NCBI RefSeq assembly: GCF_006345805.1
Contig: NC_043004.1
Location: 26,722,001-26,786,000, forward strand
Direction: 5' to 3'
Length of the DNA stretch: 64,000 nt
Source: Octopus sinensis
Taxonomy: Eukaryota
The position numbers and the translations under genes are program-made. Shown here piece after piece: positions 44,930-58,829 of the stretch (the first letter of the stretch is position 1; each line of letters begins with the position of its first letter). A model generated the notes under the pieces. That model made no database searches and was not told the origin of the DNA. It saw nothing but the letters and a program-made list of their open reading frames with translations.

Positions 44930-47900
44930 TGTATAGTGAAGAATTCCGGGTAGAGGTTGGGGTCCACCAAGGTTCAGTCCTCAGCCCCCTCCTATTTATC
45001 ATAGTCCTCCAGGCAATAACGGAAGAATTTAAGACAGGATGCCCCTGGGAGCTCCTATATGCTGATGACCTTGCTCTAATTGCTGAGTCACTATCAGAAC
45101 TGGAGGAGAAGTTTCAGGTGTGGAAACAAGGATTAGAATCGAAGGGCCTTAGAATCAACCTAGCCAAAACCAAAGTCCTAATAAGTAGGAAGGTGGACCA
45201 ACCACAAACGACTTCAGGTAGATGGCCCTGCTCGATCTGTAAAAAAGGTGTAGGTAGAAACTCTATAAGGTGCACCAAGTGTAAGCTATGGACACATAAG
45301 AGGTGCAGCAATGTCAAAGGAAGGCTAACTAAGAAAATAGTTTTTGTCTGTGGCAGATGCTCAGGAGAAATAAACACTGGAAATGTGCAGAGTCCAACTT
45401 CTACCACGTTCCAGGGAGACAAACTAGAAGTAGTTGATAGCTTCCGCTACCTAGGAGACCAAGTCAGTAGCGGGGGTGGGTGTGCTGAAAGTGTAACTGC
45501 TAGAGTAAGAATAGCCTGGGCAAAGTTTAGAGAGCTCTTACCCCTGCTGGTGACAAAAGGTCTCTCGCTAAGAGTAAAAGGCAGACTATATGATGCGTGT
45601 GTACGTACAGCCATGCTACATGGTAGTGAAACATGGGCCGTGACAGCTGAGGATATGCGTAAGCTTGCAAGAAATGAAGCCAGTATGCTCCGATGGATGT
45701 GTAATGTCAGTGTTCATAATCGTCAGAGTGTAAGTACTTTGAGAGAAAAGTTGAACCTAAGAAGTGTCAGTTGTGGTGTGTAAGAGAGACGGCTGCGCTG
45801 GTATGGTCATGTGACGAGAATGGCTGAAGATAGTTGTGTGCAAAAGTGCTACAACCTAGCAGTTGAGGGAACCTGTGGAAGAGGTAGACCCAGGAAAACC
45901 TGGGACGAGGTGGTGAAGCACGACCTTCGAACTTTAGGTCTCACCAAGGAAATGACTGAAGACCGAGTCCTATGAAGTGTGCTGTGCATGAGAGGACCCG
46001 GCAGGACTAGTCAGGCCATATCCCGTGGCCCCTACCTGGGACGTAGTCGATCCACCTGTGCATACCTTCCTTCTTGTGACACTTGTGAAGACCTGCTGAG
46101 GCAAGTGAAAATCAATCAAAATAGATGAACATCAATGGAATTTGTATCTTTGTGGTACCAGTGCCTGTGGCACACAAGAAAACCATCCGAACGTGGCCGT
46201 AGCCAGTACCGCATCGACTGGCCTCCGTGCTGTGGGAACATGGTGGCACATAAAAACACCAGTCCACCTGTACATACCTTCCGACTTGTGAAGACCTGCT
46301 GAGGCAAGTGAAAATCAAATCAAATCAAAACAAATCAAAATAGATGAACATCAATGGAATTTGTATCCTTGTGGTACCAGTGCCAGTGGCACACAAGAAT
46401 CCATCCGAACGTGGCCGTAGTCAGTACCGCTTGTGGTACCAGTGCCGGTGGCACACAAGAATCCATCCGAACATGGCCGTAGTCAGTACCGCTTGTGGTA
46501 CCAGTGCCAGTGGCACACAAGAATCCATCCGATCGTGGCCGTAGTCAGTACCGCATCACTGGCCATCGTGCTGTGGGCACATAACAAACACCATCCGGTC
46601 ATGGCCGTTCGCCAGCCTCATCTAGCACCTGTGTTGGTGGCACATAAAAAGTAGTCAGTACCGCTTGTGGTACCAGTGCCGGTGGCACACAAGAATCCAT
46701 CCGAACATGGCCGTAGTCAGTACCGCATCACTGGCCATCGTGCTGTGGGCACATAAAAAAACACCATCCGGTCGTGGCCGTTCGCCAGCCTCATCTAGCA
46801 CCTGTGTCGGTGGCACATAAAAACACCTTCCGAAGACCCGGCAAGACTAGTCAGGCCATAAACCATGGCCCCTACCTGGGACGTAGTCAGTCCACCTGTG
46901 CATACCTTCCTCCTTGTGATACTTGTGAAGGCCTGTTGAGGCAAGTGAAAATCAAAGGCCTGTTGAGGCAAGTGAAAATCAAATCAAAATCAAATCAAAA
47001 CAAATCAAAATAGATGAACATCAATGGATTTGTATCTTTGTGGTACCAGTGCCGGTGGCACACAAGAGAAAACATCCGAAAGTGGCCGTAGCCAGTACCG
47101 CATCGACTGGCCTCCGTTCTGTGGGCACATGACAAACACCATCCGATCGTGGCCGTTCGCCAGCCTCATCTAGCACCTGTGTCGGTGGCACATAAAAACA
47201 CCATCCGAAGACCCGGCAAGACTAGTCAGGCCATAACCCATGGCCCCTACCTGGGGCGTAGTCAGTCCACCTGTGCATACCTTCCTTCTTGTGACACTTG
47301 TGAAGACCTGTTGAGGCAAGTGAAAATCAAATCAAAACAAATCAAAATAGATGAACATCAATGGAATCTGTATCTTTGTGGTACCAGTGCCGGTGGCACA
47401 CACTTTGTGGTACCAGTGCCGGTGGCACACATGAGAACCATCCGAACGTGGCCGTAGCCAGTTCCGCATCGACCGGCCTCCGTGCTGTGGGCACGTAACA
47501 AACACCATCCGATCATGGCCGTTCGCCAGCCTCATCTGGCACCTGTGTCGGTGGCACATAAAAACACCTTCCGAAGACCCGGCAAGACTAGTCAGTCCAC
47601 CTGTGCATACCTTCCTTCCTTCTTGTGACACTTGTGAAGACCGGTTGAGGCAAGTGAAAATCAAATCAAAATAGACAAATAGATGAACATCAATGGAATT
47701 TGTATCTTGTGGTACCAGTGCCTGTGGCACACAAGAAATCCATCAGTGCCGTAGTCAGTGCGGTGGGCACATGACAAACACCATCCGATCGTGGCCGTTC
47801 GCCAGCCTCATCTAGCACCTGTGTCGGTGGCACATAAAAAACCATCCGAAGACCGGCAAGACTAGTCAGGCCATAACCCATGGCCCCTACCTGGGACGTA

Positions 47901-48602
47901 GTCAGTCCACCTGTGCATACCTTCCTTCTTGTGACACTTGTGAAGACCTGTTGAGGCAAGTGAAAATCAAATCAAAACAAATCAAATAGATGAACATCAA
48001 TGGAATTTGTATCTTTGTGGTACCAGTGCCGGTGGCACGTGGCACATAAGAAAACCATCCGAACGTGGCCGTAGCCAGTACCGCATCGACTGGCCTCCGT
48101 GCTGTGGGCACGTAACAAGCACCATCCGATCGTGGCCGTTTGCCAGCCTCATCTGGCACCTGTGTCGGTGGCATAAAAAACACCATCCGAGCGTGGCCGT
48201 CTGCCAGCCTTGTCTGGCACCTGTGTCGGTGGCACATAAAAACACCATCCGAGCGTGGCCGTCTGCCAGCCTCGTCTGGCACCTGTGTCGGTGGCACATA
48301 AAAAACACCATCCGAGCGTGGCCGTCTGCCAGCCTCGTCTGGCACCTGTGTCGGTGGCACATAAAAACACCATCCGAGCGTGGCCGTTTGTCAGCCTCGT
48401 CTGGCGCCTGTGTCGGTGGCACATAAAATCACCCACTACACTCTCGGAGTGGTTGGCGTTAGGAAGGGCATCCAGCTGTAGAAACACTGCCAGATCTGAC
48501 TGGACTGGTGCAGCTTTTGGGCTCCCCAGACCCCAGTTGAACCGTCCAACCCATGCTAGCATGGAAAGCGGACGTTAAATGATGATGATGATGATGATGA
48601 TG
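44930..48602 (+). mobile_element. 5'-truncated RTE LINE with a greatly expanded, shuffled 3' UTR
   Basis: RT C-terminal half runs to about 46010 (in-frame stops near 45781 and 45972), followed by repeated UTR modules and a (GAT)n tail at about 48580-48602. Confidence 0.9.
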
Positions 48603-48607
48603 ATGTA

Positions 48608-48642
<35 letters not shown>

Positions 48643-48659
48643 ATATATAATATACTCTT

Positions 48660-48863
48660 TAAATTTTTTCAGTCATTTGACTGCAGCCATCCTGGAGCAC
48701 CGCCTTTAGTCGAGCAAATCGATCCCAGGACTTATTCTTTGTAAGGCTAGTACTTATTCTATTGGTCTCTTTTACTGAACCACTAAGTTACAGGGCCACA
48801 CCAACATCGGTCATCAAGTGATAGTGGGGAGACTGGCACAGGTACACAAACATACACATGCAT

Positions 48864-48917
<54 letters not shown>

Positions 48918-49143
48918 TGCCCCAGCATGGTCACAGCTCGTGAGATGAAACTAGTATCAATACATCAGGCTTCTTTCAGTTTCCACCTACCAAATCCACT
49001 CACAAGGCTTTGGTCGGCCCGAAGCTACAGTAGAAGACACTTGCCCAAGGTACCACACAGCAGGACTGAACCTGGAAACATGTGGTTGTTAAGCAAGCTA
49101 CTTACCACACAACCATACCTGCGCCTGCACATATATGTATATA

Positions 49144-49210
<67 letters not shown>

Positions 49211-49453
49211 GTTTGTGTGTGTGTGTGTGTATATATATAAAATGCCATGTTAGATCGTTAGCTCCTACATGCATTTTTTTCTCTCCTTGTTTTTTTTTTT
49301 TCTGTGTATCTTTCTGTCGAAGAGCGTAGGCTCGAAATGTAAATGACTTGTTCTATTTCTATTCCTGAGCGCCATACTAATACATTTGTTTGTTTGCACT
49401 CCACCTGCCTTCGTCTTTTGTTTATTTTCGTAAACCTTCCCGTTATATGTATG

Positions 49454-49490
<37 letters not shown>

Positions 49491-50160
49491 GCACAGACAT
49501 GGTTGTGTGGTAAGAAGTTTGTCTTCAACTATTGCCTCATGCTGACCAAAGCCTTGTGAATGGATTTGTTAGACGGAAACTGAAAGAAGCCTGTCGTATA
49601 TATGGATATTTATATATACTCTTACTCTCTTTTACTCTTTTATTTGTTTCAGTCATTTGACTGCGGCCATGCTGGAGCACCGCCTTTAGTCGAGCAAATC
49701 GATCCCAAAGCTTATTCTTTGTAAGCCCAGTACTTATTCTATCGGTCTCTTTTGCCGAACCGCTAAGTTACAGTGACGTAAACACACCAGCATTGGTTGT
49801 CAAGCAATGCTAGAGGGACAAGCACAGACACACAAACATATACACACTCATACATATATATATACATATATACGACAGGCTTCTTTCAGTTTCCGTCTAC
49901 CAAATCTACTCACAAGGCTTTGGTCATTCCGAGGCTATAGCAGAAGTAGGCTATATGTATGTGTGCTTGCGTTTTTCTCTCACACTGCCTTACAACTAGT
50001 GTTGGTGTCTTTACATCCCTGTAACCTAGCAGTTTAGCAAAAAGAGGATGATAGAATAAGTTCCAGGCCTTAAGAAATATAAGTACTGGGGTCGACTAAA
50101 ACTTCTTCAAAGCAGTGCTCCAGTATGGCGACTGTTTAATGACTGAAACAAATAAAATAT
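48660..50160. mobile_element. Cluster of SINE family 1 copies in both orientations
   Basis: Minus 48665-49130 and 49620-49940; plus 49490-49600 and 49950-50160. Confidence 0.85.
49250..49445 (+). mobile_element. Short HHR-like PLE-type element, family H2, best copy
   Basis: TCTTT-CTGTCGA-A-GAGC-GTAG-GCTC-GAAA-TGTA-AATGA at 49309-49346, with (TA)n on both sides. Confidence 0.6.
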
Positions 50161-51404
50161 ATATTGTTGTTAGGAAGGGCATCCAGCTGTAAAAATCCTG
50201 CCAAAATAATCACAGAAGTCTGGTGCAAGCTTTGGCCTAGCCAGCTCTTGTGGTATGGAACACAAATGTTAAATGATGATGATGCACACACACATATACA
50301 TATATGGATGCACATAGCTTGTCTGCTGCAAAAGTCTAGTTGAAGAATATGGAGATTAGTCGTCCATCATTTTACAGATATAATCGCCGTCACTACAAAT
50401 AGTGATTTATTATTTATTATAAGATCATTAATTGCATGGTTAATCGAACACAGTAGACTAATGAATCAGATTTTCATGTTGCAATTAAATTTAAATGAAT
50501 ACCAGCTAAATGCAATGTGTTCTATTCAATAGACTTACACACACACACACACCCTGCTTCTGTCTAGAATATCTCTATGTGACCTCATATTTGCAAATGA
50601 TTATACTATTACATCAGTCATTGAGAATGGCTCTTTTATATACCATCTGATTGACTATGCAAGTAAATCTGCAACCCCTACTTCACCAACAATTTTCAAT
50701 ACTTTTGCATCTATCCCTGATATTGTCTTCTTTGTGTTCATATCCTGATTTCCTAGTTAAACCATATAGCATGTGTCAATTTTAATAGCTACTCTGTCCA
50801 TTGGGTCTACTTATTTTAATCTCTCTCTCTCTCTCTCTTCCATGATCTCTCCTCTTTCAGTAACCTGTTGTAAATGTATTTCCATGACTTTGCAGATCTT
50901 TCCAACTTGTTGATTTATACTGAGCCACTACTTTACTGTCTGGATCACTTCAAACCTCTGATCCTTACCCTGCAAAGCATTGTCAAACTTGTGACTTTCT
51001 GCTTCTCTCCATATTAAGTATACCTAATGGCAATCTTCTCTTTTAGATTCTAGGTGTGTGTTTCTTGTCTCTTCCTTGCGTTCCTTTCAGGCCTGTCTGT
51101 TAACTTTCATGTTTCCATATACCACATTTCACCACTGTGGTATCATCTATCTGGCTGGAATCTCACTCCATCTATAGGACTGGTCTTTGACCACCAACAG
51201 GCTATCTTGTAGAAATTCTCAGTTGACCTCCAGGCTAGTAATCTCCATCTTTGTCTTTCTCTCAACATAATTGCCTCCTATTTAGACATGAGGAAAGTGA
51301 TGCAATCAGTCTTCTCAAACTTGTTCAGTGTCTCAGTAAATTTCTCTTAATGAAGTTATGTCACACAATCATTGTGTGGAGGGTGGATCTGGCCATCATA
51401 CAGG

Positions 51405-53403
51405 AAATTCCCATCAGGAATTACTGCAGAGATACTCATAATATCTGGCAGTGTCGGCTATAGCCTAGTTACCCGTATAGTTAACCAGGTGATACATGAA
51501 GGAGTCATACCCAATGATTGGTGTAGCAGCATAATAGTCAACTGCTACAAATGTAAAGGTGACACTTTAGATACAAATAATTACAGAGGTATCAAGCTGT
51601 TGGATCAGGTAATAAAGGTCATGGAGAGGGTCATAGCCCAACTAATTAGGGAGAGAGTCAGTTTAGATGAGATGCAGTTTCGGTTCGTGCCAGGAAAAAG
51701 TACCACTGATGCTATATTTCTGGTAAGACAGCTGCAGGAGAAATACCTAGCCAAAGATAAACCTCTGTACCTGGCTTTCGATGACATGGAGAAAGCCTTT
51801 GACAGGGTCCCCCAATCCCTTATCTGGTGGTCAATGAGGAAAGCAGGGATAGATGAATGATTAATGAGAGCTGTGCAAGCCATGTACAGGGACACTGTCA
51901 GTAAAGTGAGAGTTGGCAATGAGTACAGTGAAGAATTCTGGGTAGAGGTAGGGGTCCACCAAGGTTCAGTCTTCAGCCCCCTCTTATTTATCATAGTCTT
52001 CCAGGCAATAACAGAGGAATTCAAGACAGGATGCCCCTGGGAGTTCCTTTATGCTGACGACCTTGCTCTAATTGCTGAGTCACTATCAGAACTAGAGGAG
52101 AAGTTTCAGGTGTGGAAACAAGGATTAGAATCGAAGGGCCTTAGAGTCAACCTAGCTAAAACCAAAGTCCTAATAAGTAGGAAGGCAAGCAAACCACAAA
52201 TCCCTTCAGGTAGATGGACCTGCTCAATCTGTGGAAAAGGCGTTATTAGAAACTCCATAAGATGTACCCAGTGTAAGCTATGGTCACATAAGAAGTGCAA
52301 CAATATCAAAGAAGGCCACATGGAAAGATAGTTTTGTTTGTGACAGATGCTCAGGAGCAATAAACACTGAAAATGTGCAGAGAATAACTTCCGCCACATT
52401 CCATGGAGAAAAACTAGAAGTAGTTGATAGCTTCTGTTACCGAGTTGACCAAGTCAGTAGTGGAGGAGGGTGCGCTGAAAGTGTAGCCGCAAAGTTCAGG
52501 GAGCTCTTACCTCTGCTGGTGACAAAGGGCCTCTCGCTCAGAGTAAAAGGTAGACTGTATGACGCATGTGTACGAACAGCCATGCTACATGGCAGTGAAA
52601 CATGGGCTGTGACTGCTGAGGAGATGCGTAAGCTCATGAGGAATGAAGCCAGTGTGCTCCGATGGATGTGTAATGTCAGTGTGCATATACGAGAGAGTGT
52701 TAGTACCTTGAGAGAAAAGTTCGACCTAAGAAGCATCAGATGTAGTGTGCAAGAGAGATGACTGTGCTGGTATGGCCATATGGATGTAGATAGCAGTGTG
52801 AAAAAGTACCACACCATAGCAGCTGAGGGAACCTGTGGAAGAGGTAGACTCAGGAAGACCTGGGATGAGGTGGCGAAACATGACCTTCGAACATTGGGCC
52901 TCTTGGAAATATGCTGTGCTTGAGATGACTCAGCAAACTCAAGTGAGACCATAACCTTGTGGCCTATGCCAGGGGTGTAACCAGCCTACTTATGCATACC
53001 TTTCCTTCATTGGACACTAAATTCTGCTTGTGAAAACCTGTTTAGGCAAGTGAAACTGAAATCGAAATCAAATTCGATGACTGGCATCTGTGCTAGTGGA
53101 GCACTAAGAGTACCATACGAGCGTGATTGTTGCCAGAGCAACAAGCTGGCCTCTATGCCAATGGCATGTAAAAAGCACCATTTGAGCGTGGCCACTGCCA
53201 GTACCGCCTGACTGGCCCTCATGCCGGTGGCACGTAAAAGCACCCACTACACTCTCGTAGTGGTTGGCATTAGGAAGAGCATCCAGCTTTAGAAACACTG
53301 CCAGATCAGATTGGAGTCTAGTGCAGCTATCTGGTTCGCCAGACCTCAGTCAAATCGTCCAACCCATGCTAGCATGGAAAGTGGACATTAAACGATGATG
53401 ATG
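51405..53403 (+). mobile_element. RTE LINE, 5'-truncated and degenerate
   Basis: Frame-broken RT ORFs 51372-52761, 3' UTR and (GAT)n tail. Confidence 0.95.
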
Positions 53404-53430
53404 GTATATATATAATAATAATATTAGGGA

Positions 53431-53474
<44 letters not shown>

Positions 53475-54432
53475 CATGTTACAATAAGATGTGGTGCACA
53501 GTACCAGAATTTTCAAAGAAATTTTGTGTACAATTTGATGTACAACTGTTACTGTTATGTTTAGAGCACCATGTAGTAGATTATCGTAATCCAGTCTGTT
53601 TGTTGTATAGAGTGTCAATCAACTTCTGTATTGAGTACTGTTACTAGTTTTGAGCCACAAAGCAAATGTAGGCAAAATTAGGATGAACAGAAACTTATAT
53701 TATAGTTCCAGTGTATGTTTCGCCATTATTGTTGTTTGGATCCTTTTAATAGATATTCCAAGTGTGTTTAGAGGCAAACAATCCAAACAGAATAAAACTG
53801 TGGAAGAATTGGTAGTATCTGATCTAAGGGTGTTTTTGGATGTTGAAACATGTAGTGAGACATTGTATTGGAGAAGACACAGATAGTCCATGTAATTATG
53901 GTGAAATGAATAAAAACTGATAATAATGATGGTGATGGCATTGTTGTTGTTGTCGTTGGTGGTGGTGTTAATGATGATGATGATGATGATCCAGTTCACA
54001 AAACTATTGGCCATATAAAGGCTTGCCTTTATGTTTGTTCACCATGATTGACTTTTATTATTATTGATTCAAGGGTCAAATAAACATAAAATTAATACTG
54101 TTTAAGCTTTATGATATATTTTATCTTGGAATGTACTTATTTATTTACTAGCTATTTATTTCGACTGTGTAAAAAAAATATTAAAAACGAATATAGAAAA
54201 AACAGATAGAAACAGTAAAAGCAATAAAATATAAATAAACAAAAAGTATATACAACAAATTTAACAAATTATTTTTTAAAAACAACACAGATATTTCGTG
54301 TAGTAAAAAAGTAGGAAGAAGGGTAAACTTATTGATTGCTATCTCCTTTCTAATTACTCATCCATTACCTCTTATATAAAGTTTATATATACAGAGCTAT
54401 CTTATGTATATATATATGTATGTATGTATGTA

Positions 54433-54466
<34 letters not shown>

Positions 54467-54532
54467 CATGTATGAATGTATGTATGTATGTATGTAAGTA
54501 TGTATGTATATATGTATGTATGTATGTATATA

Positions 54533-55755
54533 TAGGGGTTGGACAAAATAATGAAAACACCTTAAAATTTCAAACAAATTTATTTTAATATGGGTTAGGA
54601 CCACCTTGGCAGTAATTACAGCTTGAATTCTATGAGGTATGGACTCGTACAAAGTTTGAATTGTTTCCAAAGGGATTTTTGCCCATTCTTCAGCTAAAAC
54701 AGTCTCTAGTTCTTGTAGTGATGATGGTGGAGGATATTGACTCCTTACTTGTTTTTCTAAAATGCACCATAAATGTTCCATAACTTTGAGATCTAGGGAC
54801 TGTGGTGGCCAGATAAGATGTTCAACTTCACTTGAATGTTCCTCATGCCATTCAGTAACAACTTTAGCTTTGTGAATTGGTGTATTATCATCCTGAAAGA
54901 TTGCGTTTGCCTCTGGAAACAGTTCTGCAACCATAGGATGAATTTGATCAAATAAAATGCTTAAATAGTATTGACTATTAATTCTGCCATGAAGGAAAAC
55001 CATTGGACCAGCGGATATCCAGGATATAGCCCCCCACCCCAGATTATCACAGATCCTCCTTCATGCTTAACAGTTGGCAGAAGGCAGTCTGGGTCAAATG
55101 CTTCTTTTGGCTGTCTCCACGCATATCCTCAGCTGGTGGTCAGAAATATGGTATGGGATGACTCATCCAAGAAAATAAAATTCTCCCACTGCTCTAGGGA
55201 CCAATTCTGTAAGTTTTTACTCCACTTTAAATGTTTTGCAACGTTTGTTTTTGAAAGTAGTGGTTTTCTGATTGCAGCCCTCCCATGAAATCTGGCTTTG
55301 TGCAGCTCCCAGCAAACAGTTTTTGTGGAAACTGGATTCTCAAGGTGGTCATTAAGCTTTGCAGTAATTTTGGGAGGTGTACTTTTGTGACCCTTTCTAA
55401 CAATTTGCGTAAGAGTTTTGTTTCGATGAGGAGGTTTTTCCCTCTTTCTCAAAGGCTGTCATTACTTTTGAAACTACTTCTTGATACACCAAACAGCTTG
55501 GCTGTTTTCGTTATGCCATATGAGCACCAACAATTTAACTTCTTTGAAAGTCCGATAGGTCTGTCATTTTAATGAATTTTAATTACCTTTTTCTGATGAT
55601 ATCTGAAAAGAAACAGCAATTTTAGCAAAACATATTAGGCAACATTAATAATAAATCAAAAAACAAAAATAATCAAGCTTTTGATGGTTTTATAGATATT
55701 TCAAAATCATGCTGCTATGATGCTAGGTTTTTTCCATTATTTTGTCCAACCCCTG
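54533..55755 (-). mobile_element. Tc1-like transposon (DD36E spacing), full length with frameshifts
   Basis: TA flanks, TIR (C/T)AGGGGTTGGACAAAATAATG, 1223 bp. Motifs FLDES, FQDDN and WPPQSLDLKVMEHLW. Confidence 0.9.
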
Positions 55756-56541
55756 TATACACTAATACACAGCTATCACAATTTTGTAAGGTATATGCAA
55801 AAAGAAAACAATCAAATGTCTTTCCTGAGCCATAGCTTCATAAGGCTGGTTTCCTGGATTCTGTGGCATTCTTGGATTCCCCCACTGGAAAGGATGCTAG
55901 TCTGATGTAGGATTACTCACTTTTGCCAACTCAGTGGACTGGAGCAACATGAAATGAAGTATTTTGCTGAAAAACACAAAACATTGCCAGTCCAGGAATT
56001 GAAATCAGTCTTGTAATCATGTGTGCAACATTCAGAGCCACACACTTCATTATATGGTATTCAATATAGTTTATAAATAGAACTAACAGGATTCCATATA
56101 TTATATCAAACATTTTATATGTGCAGTTATTTCACTTCTATTAAATATCATGATTACATATATACATTACCCAATACAGCATACATTCACAGCTCTCACA
56201 TTGCTGTATGCTAATCAAAAGAGTTTTTACAGATAAGAGATTCAATTCTATGTACTAAACAAATTTCTGCAGGAGTTAATAAATTTAAACTTCTAACATT
56301 TGTCACAGCCTTCCTCATCCTTGTCCCTCATAAAAAAAAAACATTGTTTTGTATATATTTGTATATATTTGTATATATTCTTACAATGAGTAGTGTTTGT
56401 ACTTTGTTTTAGTTACACATCCAAGTCATTTACCAAATTCCCCCAACAGATTAAAATCTACATATTCTTCAGACTGCCATAAACACAGTTTCTTTACAGT
56501 AATTCATCCTTTCTCAAATTATAACATCACCTCACTATTAA

Positions 56542-56763
56542 CCCTTTTGTTACCAACCCAGCCAAAACCGGCTCTGGCTCTGTGGTACAAATGTTTGGTT
56601 TTCAAAAGTTTTGAATTAAAATCTTCCACCAAACCTTAGTCACAATTTATGTTCCTAACACAAACTGAATGGTAACCAAATTATTTTACTAAATTCTTTG
56701 TTATATTTAAAATTAATTGAAAGAAACACAAAGCATCTCAAAATAAATACAGTAACAAAAGGG
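56542..56763. mobile_element. piggyBac-type MITE
   Basis: TTAA on both sides and perfect 12-bp TIRs CCCTTTTGTTAC. Confidence 0.9.
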
Positions 56764-56814
56764 TTAAAGAACATTTTTAGTATTATCTAGAAGTAAATGG
56801 TTCTGTAGTTTAAA

Positions 56815-57110
56815 CATTGTCTTTCATCATGACAATGCCAGACTACACACTTCTTTGCAGATATACAACAGAAGTTACTGGGGTTTGGCTAGGAAGTTTT
56901 GTCTCACTATCCTTATTTGCGTGACTTTGCACCTTCAGATTTCCACCTGTTTTGATCTCTTTAAAATTTATTAAATTGATAAAACTTCAACTTTGAAGAG
57001 GATGTAAAAATTCACCAGGAAGAGTTTTCTGCCAGTAAAGACAAGGAATAATAGATCTGCTCACAAGATAGCAGAAGATACTGGAATGAAACAATAGCTA
57101 TATCATTGAT
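56815..57110 (+). mobile_element. mariner (DD34D-type) transposase C-terminal remnant
   Basis: FHHDNARLHTS...EVLSHYPYLRDFAPSDFHLF resembles HHDNARPH...PYSPDLAPSDYHLF. Confidence 0.8.
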
Positions 57111-58098
57111 TGAATATAACACTCTGTGTTCACTTAAAAATCCAAATGGACTCTTGGGAGCAACCCAATAACCCCCATAATAGTAGTTAACTTACTTTTT
57201 TTATATATATTTTATATCTCTATAATTCTAGGCTATATAATTTCTTTTTGTATAAATATAGTATATTTTTTATCTTTGTAGGGATGTCGTGGATTTTCAG
57301 TAATCAATGGACTATCTATACATTTTAAAAATTTTCTGCTCTATTGTTTTATTAGAGAATTTCCGTCACATAATGATTTAGATAGTTTTTTGAATAATTC
57401 ATATACTTTACCAATATCACATTATACTATATTTCAGTTTTGTGTCCAGAATTCATTTCCTGAGTTTTTAATTTTTTATATTTAAAGTTATTGGGACCTG
57501 TTTTATAATTACATTCTGATACCACAAACCTGGCAGATGGTCACTGCCACTATTAATTATGGCCCATTTATTCTTCCATACTGTGTGTAAATACACAATT
57601 CATTAGAGTGGCTCAATATGGTGTCGTTCTGCTTGGTCTCATGATAGAAAATCATGCTATTCCTTGCATTTCTAAACTATTCAGTCATTTTATACTTGTT
57701 TAAATTTAACAAATCTCTATTCACACCCAAACAAATGAACTTTTTGAAATGTTTTTGTAAATACTTCTTCCATCCAATCCTTAAATATTTCAGTATTAAA
57801 TACAAGTATTCACTATCTCTCTCTCTTTCTCTCTCTCTCTCCCTCTCTTCCCCTCTCTCTTTCTCACCTTCAAGTCCTAAGTCACCTCTCTTGGTGTTGG
57901 TAGTCTTGCAAGTTGAATGGATAACCTCACTAGTGCTAGTGCAAAACAAAGTGAAAAAAAAAATACCCAGAACATGCAGTAAACTGCTGTGTCCAGCTAC
58001 AGAAACCACAAAACAGACATGGAAATATAATGCAGTCTTTGGACCTGTTGTATTCGGTCAAATTTTCAGTCCGTGCCAGCATAGAATATAGATGTTGA

Positions 58099-58136
<38 letters not shown>

Positions 58137-58159
58137 AATGATGATGATGATGATGACAT

Positions 58160-58350
58160 ATAGGGAGAGTTTATGAAAAAAAACAAAAGACGAAGACAGG
58201 TGGTGTTCAAAACAAACAGATGTATTACTATAACGCTCAGGAGTAGAAAAAGTCTTTTGTATTTCGAGCCTACGCTCTTCTACAGAAAGGGACACAAAAA
58301 AAAAACAAGGGGAGAAAAACGTGTGTAGTGGCTAACAATCTATCATGGCA
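58160..58350 (-). mobile_element. Short HHR-like PLE-type element, family H2
   Basis: Minus CTTT-CTGTAGA-A-GAGC-GTAG-GCTC-GAAA-TACA-AAAG; adjacent to (GAT)n. Confidence 0.6.
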
Positions 58351-58829
58351 ACTGGACTTCACTGGACTCTTTACCTACTCTTCATCTACCATTTATGGAT
58401 TCGTTTGGATACTTACCCTTCGGCTACACCTCTCCTACACATGGTTCACAGTGGACTCTACTCATGATGATGATATGTCTTTTTGACCACATTTCTCTTG
58501 TAATGCATAACTCCAAATGTAGACATGTTTTCTAACTCTTTACAATTGAAACTTTTATCAATGTACAAAGCTACATACCCTCTATTCTTTTTCTTCCTGT
58601 TCACATCAGTTAATTCATATCAATTCAGTTAAACAACCATACTTTTTTCTGAACAGATTCCACTCTCTGGTATAGTAGATATTATTACATTCAATGATTT
58701 CTTGAACTTGCTTAAATAGTCTTCAGTGTTTTAGAAGTTGGTGTTGCTGCTAATGTGACTTATTTGTGTGTTTCAGGTATCATCTGAAACTAATCCTTTG
58801 AGTAATAACAGCTGTCATTTTTGATGTTA

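Noticed and set aside
48660-50160. Inverted repeats formed by oppositely oriented SINEs
   Set aside because: Expected from high SINE density and do not indicate a duplication event.
50900-51350. Possible GIY-YIG remnant (HCQTCDF, HCGIIYL)
   Set aside because: Similarity too weak and fragmented to call by eye.
53650-53886. ORF with a signal-anchor-like hydrophobic stretch
   Set aside because: Short, with no ATG at the annotated start, no convincing donor site and no recognisable homology.
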